A DNA stretch of 64,000 nt from an uncultured Chloroflexia bacterium (GTDB lineage: Bacteria > Chloroflexota > Limnocylindria > Limnocylindrales > CSP1-4): assembly GCA_963712745.1 (NCBI GenBank), contig CAVQJC010000017.1:224001-288000 (forward strand). Reading direction: 5' to 3'. Below are positions 20,609 to 30,826 of the stretch, piece after piece. The notes under the pieces were generated by a model. It saw only the letters and a list, made by a program, of their open reading frames with translations, did not search any database and was not told the DNA's origin. Both the position numbers and the translations under genes were made by a program. Numbering within the stretch: position 1 is the stretch's first letter; each line of letters starts with the position of its first letter.

Positions 20609-21586
20609 CTACGAGCTGTCGTCCAGTAGCCGGCGGGCCACGAGGCTGTCGGTGATGAGTACGTGGATCCAGCCACCGCGGATGGCCCCGCGGATGGCCT
20701 GCCACTTGCGCTCGCTCCCGGCGACCGCGACGCACCGCTGCACGCGCCTGAGCTGGTCGAGTCCCATGCTGATCACGCGCTCGTCCAGCGTGGACTCGAT
20801 CCGCTGTCCGACCGCATCGAAGAAATGGAGGTTGATGTCGCCCACGGCACCGGCCTCGGCCAGAGCCCGCCGCTCCTCCACGTCGAAGGCGTTGCCGCTC
20901 CGCGCCAGGAGCCGCGATGGCTCGGGCGTGCCGATCCCGACCAGGGCCAGCGTCACCTCGTCCCAGCCTCGGATGACATCCTGGAAGTACGGGTCGGTGG
21001 CCAACGCCGTCTTCGTGTCGACCGACCCCACGACGCCCGGTGCCTGTAGCATCATCGCCTCGCTCCCGCACAGAGCGGCCAGCCGCCGGGTCATGTGGGA
21101 CGCGTGTGCCTCGCTGTTCGGGTCGCCGATGCCGCCCTCGATCTGGATGACCCTGATACCTCGCGGGGTCCGCAACGGATGCATCGCGTTCGCCGTCGCG
21201 AGCAGCGACTCGCTCCACGACGAAACGCCGATGACGTCCTCCGACTTGATGGTGGTCTCGAGGTAGTACGCCGCGGCCGAGCCAAGATTGCGCAGCAGCC
21301 GATCCTCGTCGGTGCTGTGGTCGACGACCGTCACTTCCTTGAGGCCGTACTCCTCGCGAACACCGCGTTCCAGCTCGGGGTAGTAGCCCGACGGGGAGGC
21401 AACCGTGATACGGACCACCTGCTGTTGGAGAGCTCGCTTGAGCAGTCTGGAGACGCTCGCCTGCGACAGGTCCATCTGACTCGCGATCTGCGCCTGCGTG
21501 AGCCCGTCTTCATAGTAGAGGCGTGCGACCTTGGCCAGCTGACGCGCTTCTTCGGGCCGAGCCGTCGAGGCTACCGCGATGCTCAT
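20609..21586 (-). CDS. Second SorC/DeoR-family regulator
   Basis: VARLYYEDGLTQAQIA HTH, IGVSSWS, GAVGDI, GGWIHVLITD; paralog of 7746-8756. Confidence 0.93.
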   Translation of the reverse strand: MSIAVASTARPEEARQLAKVARLYYEDGLTQAQIASQMDLSQASVSRLLKRALQQQVVRITVASPSGYYPELERGVREEYGLKEVTVVDHSTDEDRLLRNLGSAAAYYLETTIKSEDVIGVSSWSESLLATANAMHPLRTPRGIRVIQIEGGIGDPNSEAHASHMTRRLAALCGSEAMMLQAPGVVGSVDTKTALATDPYFQDVIRGWDEVTLALVGIGTPEPSRLLARSGNAFDVEERRALAEAGAVGDINLHFFDAVGQRIESTLDERVISMGLDQLRRVQRCVAVAGSERKWQAIRGAIRGGWIHVLITDSLVARRLLDDSS

Positions 21587-23067
21587 GATGGTCGGTACAT
21601 GGTCCGAGCCACAGCCTCTCGCCAGCCGCTGTAGAGGCGATCGCGTTGGGCGGCATCGATGCTGGGCTCGAAGCGGTCGATGGACCTTGGAAGCGCCTCG
21701 ATAGCGTCGGTCGAGGGCCACACTCCGACAGCCAGGCCGGCCAGGTAGGCAGCACCCATGGCCGACAGTTCGGGCGTGTTGTTGCGTTGCACAGGCACGC
21801 CCAGGATGTCTGCCTGGAACTGCATCAGCTGTGTGTTGCGGGTCACGCCACCGTCGGCCATGAGGACGCGCAGGGCGCCACCGGTCGCGGACTGCATCTC
21901 GTCGAAGACGTCCCGGACCTGGTATGCGATCGACTCGATGACTGCGCGCGCCGCCTGGGCCAGGCTGGAGCTGCGTGTCAACCCGGTCAGCATGCCGCGA
22001 GCGGCGTCATCCCAGTGCGGCGCCCCGAGACCGACGAACGCCGGGACCAGGTACACCCCCTCGGTGTCAGGGACGGTCTCGGCCAGCTCGGCGACCTTGG
22101 CCGGCCCGGCGAGTCCGATGAAGTCGGCCATCCACTGTACTGCCGCGCCAGTCACGTAGATGTTGCCCTCGAGGGCGTAGACCGTGGAGTCCAGGCCCCA
22201 GGCGATGGTCGAGGCCAGGCCGCTGTCGCTGCTGACGCGCTGGGCGGTCGGGGACATCAGTGAGCTGCCTGTCCCGTAGGTCGCTTTGACCGAGCCGGCC
22301 GCGAAGCCAGCATGGCCGAAGAGCGCCGCATGGGAATCGCCGATCAGGGAGCCGATGGGGATACCGGCCGACAGTGACCCCAGGGCGACGGTCTCACCGA
22401 ACACGCCGCTGGACGGAAGGATCTCGGGCAGAGCTGCCTCGGGCACGCCGAAGTGCTTCAGCAGGAAGGGGTCCCAGCGTCGATCGGAGATATTCAACAG
22501 CTGGGTGCGCGAGGCGTTGCTCACGTCTGTTCGATGGTGTGCGCCGCCGGTCAGGCACCACAGCAGCCAGCTGTCCACGGTGCCGACGCGAATCTCGCCA
22601 CGGACGGCTCGCTCATGGCCGTCGGGCGTGTTGTCGAGCAGCCACCTGATCTTGGAGCCCGTGAACATGGGGTCGATGGGCAGGCCGGTCCGCTCCCGAA
22701 CCTCATCCTCCAGGCCCGCGGAGCGCAGTCGCTCGCAGAAGTCCGCGGACCGGCGGCACTGCCAGGTGACGACGGGCCCGACTGGGGTGCCGGTCGCGGC
22801 GTCCCAGGCCAACCCCGATTCGCGCTGGTTGGACACGCCCACCGCAGCCAGTGGCGGCGACCCGGCGGTCCGGAGGCACTCGTCGACAGCCTCAAGGACG
22901 CTTTGCCAGAGGGATCCCGCGTCCTGCTGCACCCACGCCGGCCGTGGGAATTCGATGTCGACTGGCCTTGATGCGATGCCCCGAACGACGCCCTCGCGGT
23001 CGACGAGGATGGCCTTGGTGTTCGATGTGCCCTGGTCGATGGCCAGGATCATCGGTTCAGTCGACAT
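21583..23067 (-). CDS. aplK: FGGY carbohydrate kinase, apulose kinase (AplK)-like
   Basis: AIDQGTS, SNQRES, TDVSNASRT, IGDSHAALFG (GlpK has GDQQAA), KATYGTGSSLM, YALEGNI; aplK call from recalled family motifs plus context. Confidence 0.75.
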   Translation of the reverse strand: MSTEPMILAIDQGTSNTKAILVDREGVVRGIASRPVDIEFPRPAWVQQDAGSLWQSVLEAVDECLRTAGSPPLAAVGVSNQRESGLAWDAATGTPVGPVVTWQCRRSADFCERLRSAGLEDEVRERTGLPIDPMFTGSKIRWLLDNTPDGHERAVRGEIRVGTVDSWLLWCLTGGAHHRTDVSNASRTQLLNISDRRWDPFLLKHFGVPEAALPEILPSSGVFGETVALGSLSAGIPIGSLIGDSHAALFGHAGFAAGSVKATYGTGSSLMSPTAQRVSSDSGLASTIAWGLDSTVYALEGNIYVTGAAVQWMADFIGLAGPAKVAELAETVPDTEGVYLVPAFVGLGAPHWDDAARGMLTGLTRSSSLAQAARAVIESIAYQVRDVFDEMQSATGGALRVLMADGGVTRNTQLMQFQADILGVPVQRNNTPELSAMGAAYLAGLAVGVWPSTDAIEALPRSIDRFEPSIDAAQRDRLYSGWREAVARTMYRPS

Positions 23068-23194
23068 GATGCTTCCTCCGGTCCAGCTCTCCGGGCGTCT
23101 CACGACAGAGACCCGCGGCTTCGACGGATCCGATGATGGCACTGCGCCGCGGTCCACGCGCGCTGGCTACGGCCCGTGCATCGACATGAGAGCC

Positions 23195-23356
23195 TGCAAG
23201 GATATGCATCAAACGGGACAGTACTCCTGTCTACGAGGGCTCGTCAACCGCGCTGACGGTCTGGCCAGGTCCGCGTAGCCGCCCTTGACATCGCCGCGGC
23301 GGAGGGGGTATCGTCCCTGCGGATTGCATACTCTCACGTGTCTGCATGAATATTCC
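23195..23356. promoter_or_regulatory. Divergent sigma70 promoters with putative SorC operators
   Basis: Minus: TTGACG (23247-23242)-N18-TACTGT with box TGCAAGGATATGCA (23195-23208). Plus: TTGACA (23285-23290)-N18-TATCGT with box TGCATGAATATTCC (23343-23356). Confidence 0.65.
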
Positions 23357-23454
23357 GGTCCGTCAATGCTAGAGGAGGGGTGTCTGGGGAAGGCCACAAG
23401 CTCTGTCAAGGACACGCCCGTCGAACACGCGGGCGACATGTGGAGGGATATTCA

Positions 23455-24490
23455 GTGATCATCAAGCGTTCATCAGCGGCTGCACTCGCAGTCGTGCTCG
23501 GTGGGACCCTGGCGACGAGCTCGTTAGCCGTCGCTCAGGACGCGCCGAGTGACCCATCCGAGATCGATGTCGCGTGGATCGGGAAGACCCTGAACAACCC
23601 GTGGTGGATCTCGGTCGCCGACTTCGCCGCGCGCGAAGCCGAGCAGCTGGGCATCAACATGACCATCTCGCTTGCCGGAGGAAGAGGTCGACCTCGGCAA
23701 GCAGATCGCCATCATCGAGGCCGCCGTCGAGCAGGGCGTCGACGCCATCATCATCTCGGCCTCGAGCTCTGAGGGCATCATCCCGGCCATCGAGCAGGCC
23801 CGCGAAGCCGGCATCAAGATCGTCAGCTTCGACACCCGCATCGACGACCCGTCACTGGTCGATGTATACGTCGGTGCGGATGACTTCGCCGGCGCCAAGA
23901 AGGCAGGTGCCTACATCTGTGCCGCACTCGGCCCGGAGGGTGGTCAGGTCGGTCTGCTTGAAGGCCTGCTCGCCCAGTCGACCGGTGTCGACCGCAAGGG
24001 GGGCTTCGAGGCCGGCATCGCCGAGTGCGAGAACCCCGTCGAGATCGTGGCTACACAAGGCGCTGAGTGGCGTTCCGACCTCGCGCTCAACGCGACCCAG
24101 AACATGCTCACCGCCAATCCGGACATCAAGGCCATCTTCGCCTCCAACGACCAGATGGCCGTGGGCATGATCAACGGTGCGATCGCGGCGGGCTATGGGC
24201 CCGACGACCTCATCCTGGTCGGCTACGACGGCATCCTCGACGCGGTCAACGCGGTGCTCGACGGCGACCTCGATGCGTTCGTGGCACTTCCCAACCGCGA
24301 GGAAGGTGAGATGGGTCCTCGCCTGGCGACTACGCTGGTGCTGAACCCGGACATCACCTTCGATCGCGAGATCATCTATCCCGGTCCGCTCGTCACGGCT
24401 GAGCTCGTCGAGGGCCAGACAGACCAGGTGATCGAGGAGTTCGCGGCCTACCGGTTCCCGCTCCGCGGTGTGACCGACAAGGGCTACTAG
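23455..24490 (+). CDS. Monosaccharide/polyol ABC substrate-binding protein; frameshift near 23670
   Basis: Signal peptide, KTLNNPWW, YVGADD, IFASNDQMA, VGYDG. Confidence 0.88.
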
Positions 24491-24610
24491 TACTCGACGG
24501 GGGCCGGTACGCTGGCCTCCGACACACTCCTCCTCACTGGGCCCACGGGCGAGAGGGCGTGCCAGACTCGCCCCTCGCTCGTGGACCAGTACCAAGCACG
24601 GAGTCGGTGG

Positions 24611-26135
24611 ATGGCGGCAGTGGCGACGGCGACGGCGCTGCTCGAGATCGAGCATGTCACCAAGGATTACCCCGGCGTGCGAGCGCTCGATGATGTTTCG
24701 CTCTCGGTCGAGCGTGGTGAGGTCATGGCGCTGCTGGGCGAGAACGGAGCCGGCAAGTCCACCCTCATGAAGATCCTCGGCGGGGCGGAGCACCGTGACT
24801 CGGGGGTCATCCGGATCGACGGCAAGGAGGCACCCCAGCAATACGATCCGCTCGAAGCGCGGCATCTCGGGATCGCCGAGATCTACCAGGAGCTCAGCCT
24901 CCTGCCCAGCCTCACGGTCGCCGAGAACATCTATCTGACCAAGGAGCCGCTGCGCGCCAAGCGCGCCAGGGTCATCGACTTCCCGAAGATGCGCGAGCAA
25001 TCGCGCAAGCAGCTGGCTGTCCTGCGCGCTGAGCACATCGACGTCAATGCCAGGGTCGAGACGTTGTCGATGCCCGAGCAGCAGATGGTCGAGATCGCCA
25101 AGGCCCTCGCCTCCGACTGCCGGGTGCTCGTGATGGACGAGCCGACCACCGCGCTGACCTGGTCCGAGACCGAGCAGCTCTTCTCGGTCATCGACGCCCT
25201 CAGGGGCAAGAACGTCACGATCATCTACATCTCGCACCGGCTTGACGAGGTCTTCCGCGTCGCCGATAGAGCCACGGTCCTGAGGGACGGCGCGGTCGTG
25301 GGAACGGTGCGCACGGCAGACATCGAGATGGGCGACATCATCACGATGATGACTGGCCGGACCATGGAGGACGTGGCCGCACGGCCTGACGATATCCTGA
25401 CCGCACCTGATCGAGAACTGCTCGTCGTCGAGGATATGCGCGACGATAAGCGCGTTCACGGCGTCTCGTTCACGCTCCACGAGAATGAGGTGCTTGGGAT
25501 CGCCGGCCTGGTGGGTGCCGGACGTACCGAGCTGGCTCGCATGATCTTCGGAGCTGACGCGCGTACTGGAGGCACCATCCGCGTCTCAGGGGAGGCGATC
25601 AACTCCGGTTCACCCGGCCAGGCCATGAGCCACGGTATCGGCTACCTCAGCGAGAACCGCAAGGAGGAAGGCCTGAACCTGGGTCTGCCCATCGATCTGA
25701 ACATCGTGCTCACCGACCTCGGCAAGGTCAGCCAGCGTGGCGTGATCTCACGGCGGGGCATGCGCGTAGCGGCCGAGGAGCTCATCGATCTGCTGCGCAT
25801 CAAGGGCCGCGCACCTGACGAGGCCTCGAGCCTCAGCGGTGGCAATCAGCAGAAAGTCGTGATTGCGAAGTGGTTACATGCGGGCTGTCGCGTGCTCATC
25901 TTCGATGAGCCGACTCGCGGCATCGACGTCGCCGCCAAGGCCGAGGTCCACAAGCATCATCCGGGACTTCGCCCGGGATGGCAGGGGCGCGGTCGTCATC
26001 TCTTCGGAGGTCGAGGACCTACTGGCTGTCTGCGACCGCGTACTGATCATGTCCAAGGGCCGCATCACGGGAAGGCTTGCGCCCGAGGAGGTCACCAAGG
26101 ACGCCATCGTGCGTCAAGTCACCAACGTCGAGTGA
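24611..26135 (+). CDS. Sugar ABC ATPase (RbsA-type); frameshift near 25960
   Basis: [36 protein letters not shown]. Confidence 0.92.
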
Positions 26136-26142
26136 GGACTTC

Positions 26143-27160
26143 ATGACGACCGAAGACGGAAGTGGGTCTGCCAGCGTAGGAGCAGAGTCTGCAGGCCGAA
26201 GCGCGAACGCGAGAGTGGTCGACACAGGAGCTCCTAGGGCGTTTTGGCGTGCTGCTCATGCTCATCGCCTTGGTCGTCGTCTTCAGCGCCCTCTCGCCGC
26301 ACTTCCTGTCACAGGGCAACATCACCAACGTCCTCATCCAGTCGAGCACCAACGCGATCATCGCGGCCGGCATGACGTTCGTCATCCTGTCGGCGAACAT
26401 CGACCTCTCGGTCGGCTCGGTCCTGGCGCTGTCGTCCGTGCTCGGAACGTCATTCATCGCCGACGGAGGGTCGATCTTCATCGGCGTCGGCATCATGCTG
26501 CTCGGCGGCATGATCGCGGGCGGGATCAACGGCTTCACCGTCAGCTACCTCGGGTTCCCGGCGTTCATCGTCACGCTGGCAACGATGTGGCTGTTCCGCG
26601 GTATGGCCTACGTCTTCACCAACGGGCAGGCCGTCACCGGCCTGCCGAAGGATTTCCGCATCCTCGCCACCGGCGAAGTCGCCGGCATCCCCTACATCGT
26701 GCTGGTGATGATCGCCGTCTATGCCGTCTGCCACTTCCTGCTCTCGCAAACGACCTTCGGGCGCCAGGTCTACGCCGTCGGCGACAACAAGGAAGCCGCA
26801 CGACTCTCGGGCGTGAACGTCAAGCGCGTCGTCGCCGCCGTATTCGTGATCTGTGGCCTGTTGGCGGCCCTCGGCGGCGTGGTCCTCTCGTCCCGGCTCT
26901 TCTCCGGCCAGCCGATCGCCGGCATCACCTTCGAGCTCTCGGCCATCGCCGCGGTCGTCATCGGCGGCACCAGCTTGTCCGGTGGCAAGGGCGGCATCCT
27001 CGGGACGCTTGTCGGAGCCATCTTCATCGCCACGCTGATCAACGGGCTGGTCATCCTGAATGTGTCCTCGTTCTGGCAGCAGGTGATCATGGGACTGGTC
27101 GTGCTCGCCGCGGTCGGCATCGACCAGTATCGCAAGCGCCTGGCCTCAGGTCGGGTGTAG
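26143..27160 (+). CDS. Sugar ABC permease (RbsC family); frameshift near 26240
   Basis: GMTFVILSANIDLSVGS, PAFIVTL, AIAAVVIGGTSLSGGKG. Confidence 0.9.
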
Positions 27161-27174
27161 GGCGTTCAGGATCG

Positions 27175-27981
27175 ATGTCGGAAGAGGGCATGGGTGCCCG
27201 GCTCGATTTCGTCGCCGAGCTCATCGCCGAAGCCGGCGCGCATGCGCTCGAGTTCTTTCAGCACCGAGAGTCGCTCCATGTGAGCGCCAAGGGGCGCCAG
27301 GACATGGCCAGCGAGGCGGATGTCAGCATCGAGAAGCTGATTCGCAAGCGTCTGGCACTTCGGTTCCCGAGCGATGCCTTCCTCGGTGAGGAGACGGGTC
27401 GCACTGAGGTGGAGGGCACCGACGGCATCTGGGTGGTCGATCCGATCGATGGCACCCAGCCGTTCGTGAGCGGGCTGACGTCCTGGTGCGTGTCGATCGC
27501 CTATGTCAGCGCCGGGGCGGTGCAGCTGGGCGTCGTGAATGCACCGGCTCGGGATGAGCTATTCATCGGTAGGCGCGGCGACCGCGCCACGCTGAATGGT
27601 GACCGCATCACGGTCAGCGACGCTACCAGACTCGACGAGGGCATCCTTGGCATCGGCTACTCGCCTCGGATCGGCGCCGACGACGTCATCCCGGTCCTCG
27701 ACCATGTGCTCCGGCAGGGTGCGATGTTCTACCGGGATGGCTCGGGCACACTGGATCTCTGCTACGTCGCTTGCGGGCGACTGCTGGCCTACGTCGAGCC
27801 GCATATCCAGGCATGGGATTCGCTAGGAGCCGTGGCCGTCGTGGAGGCTGCCGGGGGAGTCGTCAACGACCTGCTGGCGGACGACTCGCTGTGGGTGGGG
27901 GCGCCGATCGTGGCCAGCGTTCCGGCACTCTATCCGGCGCTGGCCAGGCTCATGAACGTCACAGCGGAGGGTGCTGGCTAG
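27175..27981 (+). CDS. Inositol monophosphatase-family sugar phosphatase
   Basis: FLGEE, WVVDPIDGT, GSGTLDLCYVACGR, WDSLGA. Confidence 0.9.
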   Translation: MSEEGMGARLDFVAELIAEAGAHALEFFQHRESLHVSAKGRQDMASEADVSIEKLIRKRLALRFPSDAFLGEETGRTEVEGTDGIWVVDPIDGTQPFVSGLTSWCVSIAYVSAGAVQLGVVNAPARDELFIGRRGDRATLNGDRITVSDATRLDEGILGIGYSPRIGADDVIPVLDHVLRQGAMFYRDGSGTLDLCYVACGRLLAYVEPHIQAWDSLGAVAVVEAAGGVVNDLLADDSLWVGAPIVASVPALYPALARLMNVTAEGAG

Positions 27982-28053
27982 CCTCGCATCTGCTCCACGC
28001 AGCCAACGGCTCGGTCATAGTCTTGAGTCCACACCGGCAAGAGGAGCAAACCC

Positions 28054-28893
28054 ATGACGACCAAGTACGTGGCCGTCTTCGGCGATCCCGTCGAAGGCAA
28101 CCCGACCTCCATCATGCAGAACGCGGCTTTCGAGCATGCCGGGCTCGACTGGCGCTACCTCGACATCCGCGTCAGGGCGGAGGACCTGTCGGCTGCCATC
28201 GCGGCCGCTCGGCTCTTTGGTTTCGGCGGGCTCAATTGCACCATCCCGCACAAGGTCGCGGTCATCCCGCTGCTGGACGGCCTGGAGCCTTCGGCGGAGA
28301 TCAGCGGTGCCTGCAACACCATCGTGCGTCAGTCGGACGGCCGACTCATCGGCTCCAACACCGACGGCTCCGGCTTCGTCTGGTCCATCCGCGATGAGGG
28401 CATCGACCCTGCCGGGCTCGATGTCGTGCTGCTCGGTGCCGGTGGTGCCGCGCGGGCCGTCGTCGGTAGAGCTGGCGCTGGCCGGGGCCAGGCGCGTGAC
28501 CATCGCCAACCGCACGGCTGCCAAGCGCGACGAGCTGGTCGGCGATCCTCGACCGGCGGACAGACTGTCGAGGCCGTCTCACTGCCCTGGGAGGGCACGC
28601 TGGCGGTACCGGCCTGTGACGTGCTCGTCGACTGCACGCCCGTGGGCATGGGCACGGATCTGGCTGCGGAACAGCGTGTCGACGTCGATCTCTCCGCCCT
28701 CTCGACCGACACCATCGTGTGCGATCTCAATCCGGAGACGTCCGAGTCAGCCTTCCTGCGCTTCGCCGCTGAACGCGGCCACCGCACGCTCGATGGCCTG
28801 GGCATGTTGGCCCGGCAGGGAGCGGCAGGCTTCAAGGCCTGGACCGGCCAGGACGCCCCCCTGGATGTCATGATCGCCGCGCTAGGCGGCTAG
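28054..28893 (+). CDS. Shikimate dehydrogenase-fold oxidoreductase with atypical substrate site; compensating frameshifts near 28465 and 28550
   Basis: NCTIPHK, ACNT, NTDG, GAGGAARA, ANRT (alternate frame), TPVGM, DGLGML..QG. Confidence 0.85.
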   Translation: MTTKYVAVFGDPVEGNPTSIMQNAAFEHAGLDWRYLDIRVRAEDLSAAIAAARLFGFGGLNCTIPHKVAVIPLLDGLEPSAEISGACNTIVRQSDGRLIGSNTDGSGFVWSIRDEGIDPAGLDVVLLGAGGAARAVVGRAGAGRGQARDHRQPHGCQARRAGRRSSTGGQTVEAVSLPWEGTLAVPACDVLVDCTPVGMGTDLAAEQRVDVDLSALSTDTIVCDLNPETSESAFLRFAAERGHRTLDGLGMLARQGAAGFKAWTGQDAPLDVMIAALGG

Positions 28894-28985
28894 TCAGGGA
28901 ACGACGACGTCCGCCCGACCCGGCTGGGTCTGCAACGGACGTCGATCTGCGCTTCGCGGCTTGGCCCGCCGCGTGGGGGACGTGC

Positions 28986-29540
28986 CTAGGAGCCCTTGGA
29001 TTCCGAGTCCTGGTCGGCCGCGGGTGCAGCAGCAGGAGCCGGGGCGTTGGCGGGTGCGCCCATGCCGGGGGGTGGCTTGGCCGCCGCCGCCGCGTTCGCG
29101 GCGTTCAGTGCTTCCATCGCGGCGATCTGCTCAGGCGTGAGCCTGGACTTCTCGTTCTCGATGAAGGCCTGCTGGACTCCCGGGTAGCTGAGATACAGGA
29201 AGATGAAGCCCGCGAGGATCCACGGGATCGTCTCGGCCTCGACGCTGGAGCCGAACAGGAGCGCGAAGAAGCCCCAGATCAGCGTGAAGAGGCTGATGAA
29301 GATGCCGAACTGCACCGCGTAGGCACGCAGGTTCCAGAAACCCAGCGCGACCCAGAACCAGATGGCGGCGATCAGCAGCACCCACAGGGCGGCACCCCAC
29401 TGCGCCTCATCGAACGATACGCTCCGGCTGCCGATCGGGAAGTCGACGATGCCCATGTACACGAGCATCTTGTAGAGGTTGTAGAGGCCGGCCAAGCCAG
29501 CGCCTGCCGCAAGAAGGATCACTCCGATAGGTCTATGCAT
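28986..29540 (-). CDS. Hypothetical membrane protein (about 4 TM) with Ala/Pro-rich tail
   Basis: MHRPIGVILLA start, four hydrophobic helices. Confidence 0.75.
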   Translation of the reverse strand: MHRPIGVILLAAGAGLAGLYNLYKMLVYMGIVDFPIGSRSVSFDEAQWGAALWVLLIAAIWFWVALGFWNLRAYAVQFGIFISLFTLIWGFFALLFGSSVEAETIPWILAGFIFLYLSYPGVQQAFIENEKSRLTPEQIAAMEALNAANAAAAAKPPPGMGAPANAPAPAAAPAADQDSESKGS

Positions 29541-29879
29541 TGGTCTCCACTCGCTTCTGGTTTGGTCGCCTGGCTCCACTCTGGGCCCGGTGTGCGTATG
29601 GACGTCCACGCGTGCGGGGACGTCAAGGTGAGCCTAGCAGCCTGACCGCCATATGAGGAGGTGTTCTGGGCCATCGCGACGCGGCTCTCCCTGGGCACGA
29701 TAGTACTGGTTCCGCGTTGGTACGAACGTCCCGTCTCGGGGTCGCTCCGGGGCGCCTGTGTGTCGTCCAGGCGTACAAGTGTGGCGTTCGGTCACCACAA
29801 GCTCGGCCTCCCCGGCTCGAGCGGCCCGGAATGCCACGCGCAGACACCTAAACTGGCGTTCCTACTTCCAGGAGGAACC

Positions 29880-30756
29880 ATGTTCAGTCAGTCCGCGGAT
29901 CAGCCTGCAGCCGACCAGTCCCCAGCGCCGGCCGGCATGCGCGAGCTGCCCCCGCAGCCGGCCAAGCCCGTGATGCCGACCTACGGGACCGCCCCCCCGA
30001 CCACCCCCGAGCCCATCGTTGACGGGGGCCGACCCAACTCCGACGACTCGGTCATCGCCAGGGACGACCATCTCGAGGGCACGTTCACCTCTCGCGGCAC
30101 CGTGGTCGTGATGGGCTCGGTCAAAGGGCGTATCGAGGCTGTCCAGGTCCGCATCGAGGACGGAGCCTCAGTCGATGCCGACGTCATCGTCGACGAGGCC
30201 ATCATCGCCGGTGAGTTCACCGGCAACCTCACCTGTCGCGAACGCCTCGAGGCACGCGCCAGCGGTCGCATCAACGGCCGTGTCGAGACGTTCAAGCTGA
30301 TGCTGCACGAGGGCGCTTCGGTCGAGGGCGAGATGCACATGCTCAGCGAGGCCCCCAAGGACGCCACCTCGACCATCCGCGGCAGTGCCCCGTTGCGTGG
30401 TGACGGCGGCGACTCGAAGACCGAGGAGAAGCCGGCCGTAGCTGCGGCCTCGGCTACCTCCACGGCTCCGGCCGCACCCGCGACCCCGTCGGCACCCACC
30501 ATCACGCCCTCATCGAGCACCAAGCCGGTGACCCCCGCGGTAGGCGCGACCACGAGCCCGCCCTCGAGTGTCGTCGCCCACGGTCGAAGCCACGGCCGTG
30601 CGCTCCTCGGTCGTCGAGACGCTGCGTGCCGAGAGTGCGCGCGTAGCTCCACGTGTGACCACGGCCCCGCGCGGCTACGGCTACAGCGGCAGCACGGTCA
30701 GCAGCACCAGCAACGGCTCGCGCGACCGCAGCACCTCGGGCACGAGCGGCTTCTAG
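29880..30756 (+). CDS. Bactofilin (polymer-forming cytoskeletal protein); frameshift near 30570
   Basis: SVIARDDHLEGTF..G.V.V.G.V.G.I, IAGEFTGNL.C.ERLE...GRI.G.V....L....GA.VEG; GGAGG RBS. Confidence 0.85.
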
Positions 30757-30826
30757 CGTCTCCGTTGGCTGTGGCAGCGGCTCGCCCTCAGCCCGCTGCG
30801 CCTGACTCCGGGCGTAGACTCGCCAC

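Noticed and set aside
21583-23067. Canonical glycerol kinase glpK
   Set aside because: Has GDSHAAL and GTGSS rather than GDQQAAL and GTGCF; no glpD or glpF nearby
26077-27981. 634-aa permease-IMPase fusion
   Set aside because: The middle is an alternate frame of the permease created by an indel; the IMPase starts near 27175
3094-28990. tRNA-integrated genomic island
   Set aside because: The sugar region abuts the tRNA, but I found no integrase and no duplicated tRNA 3' end (att site) by eye
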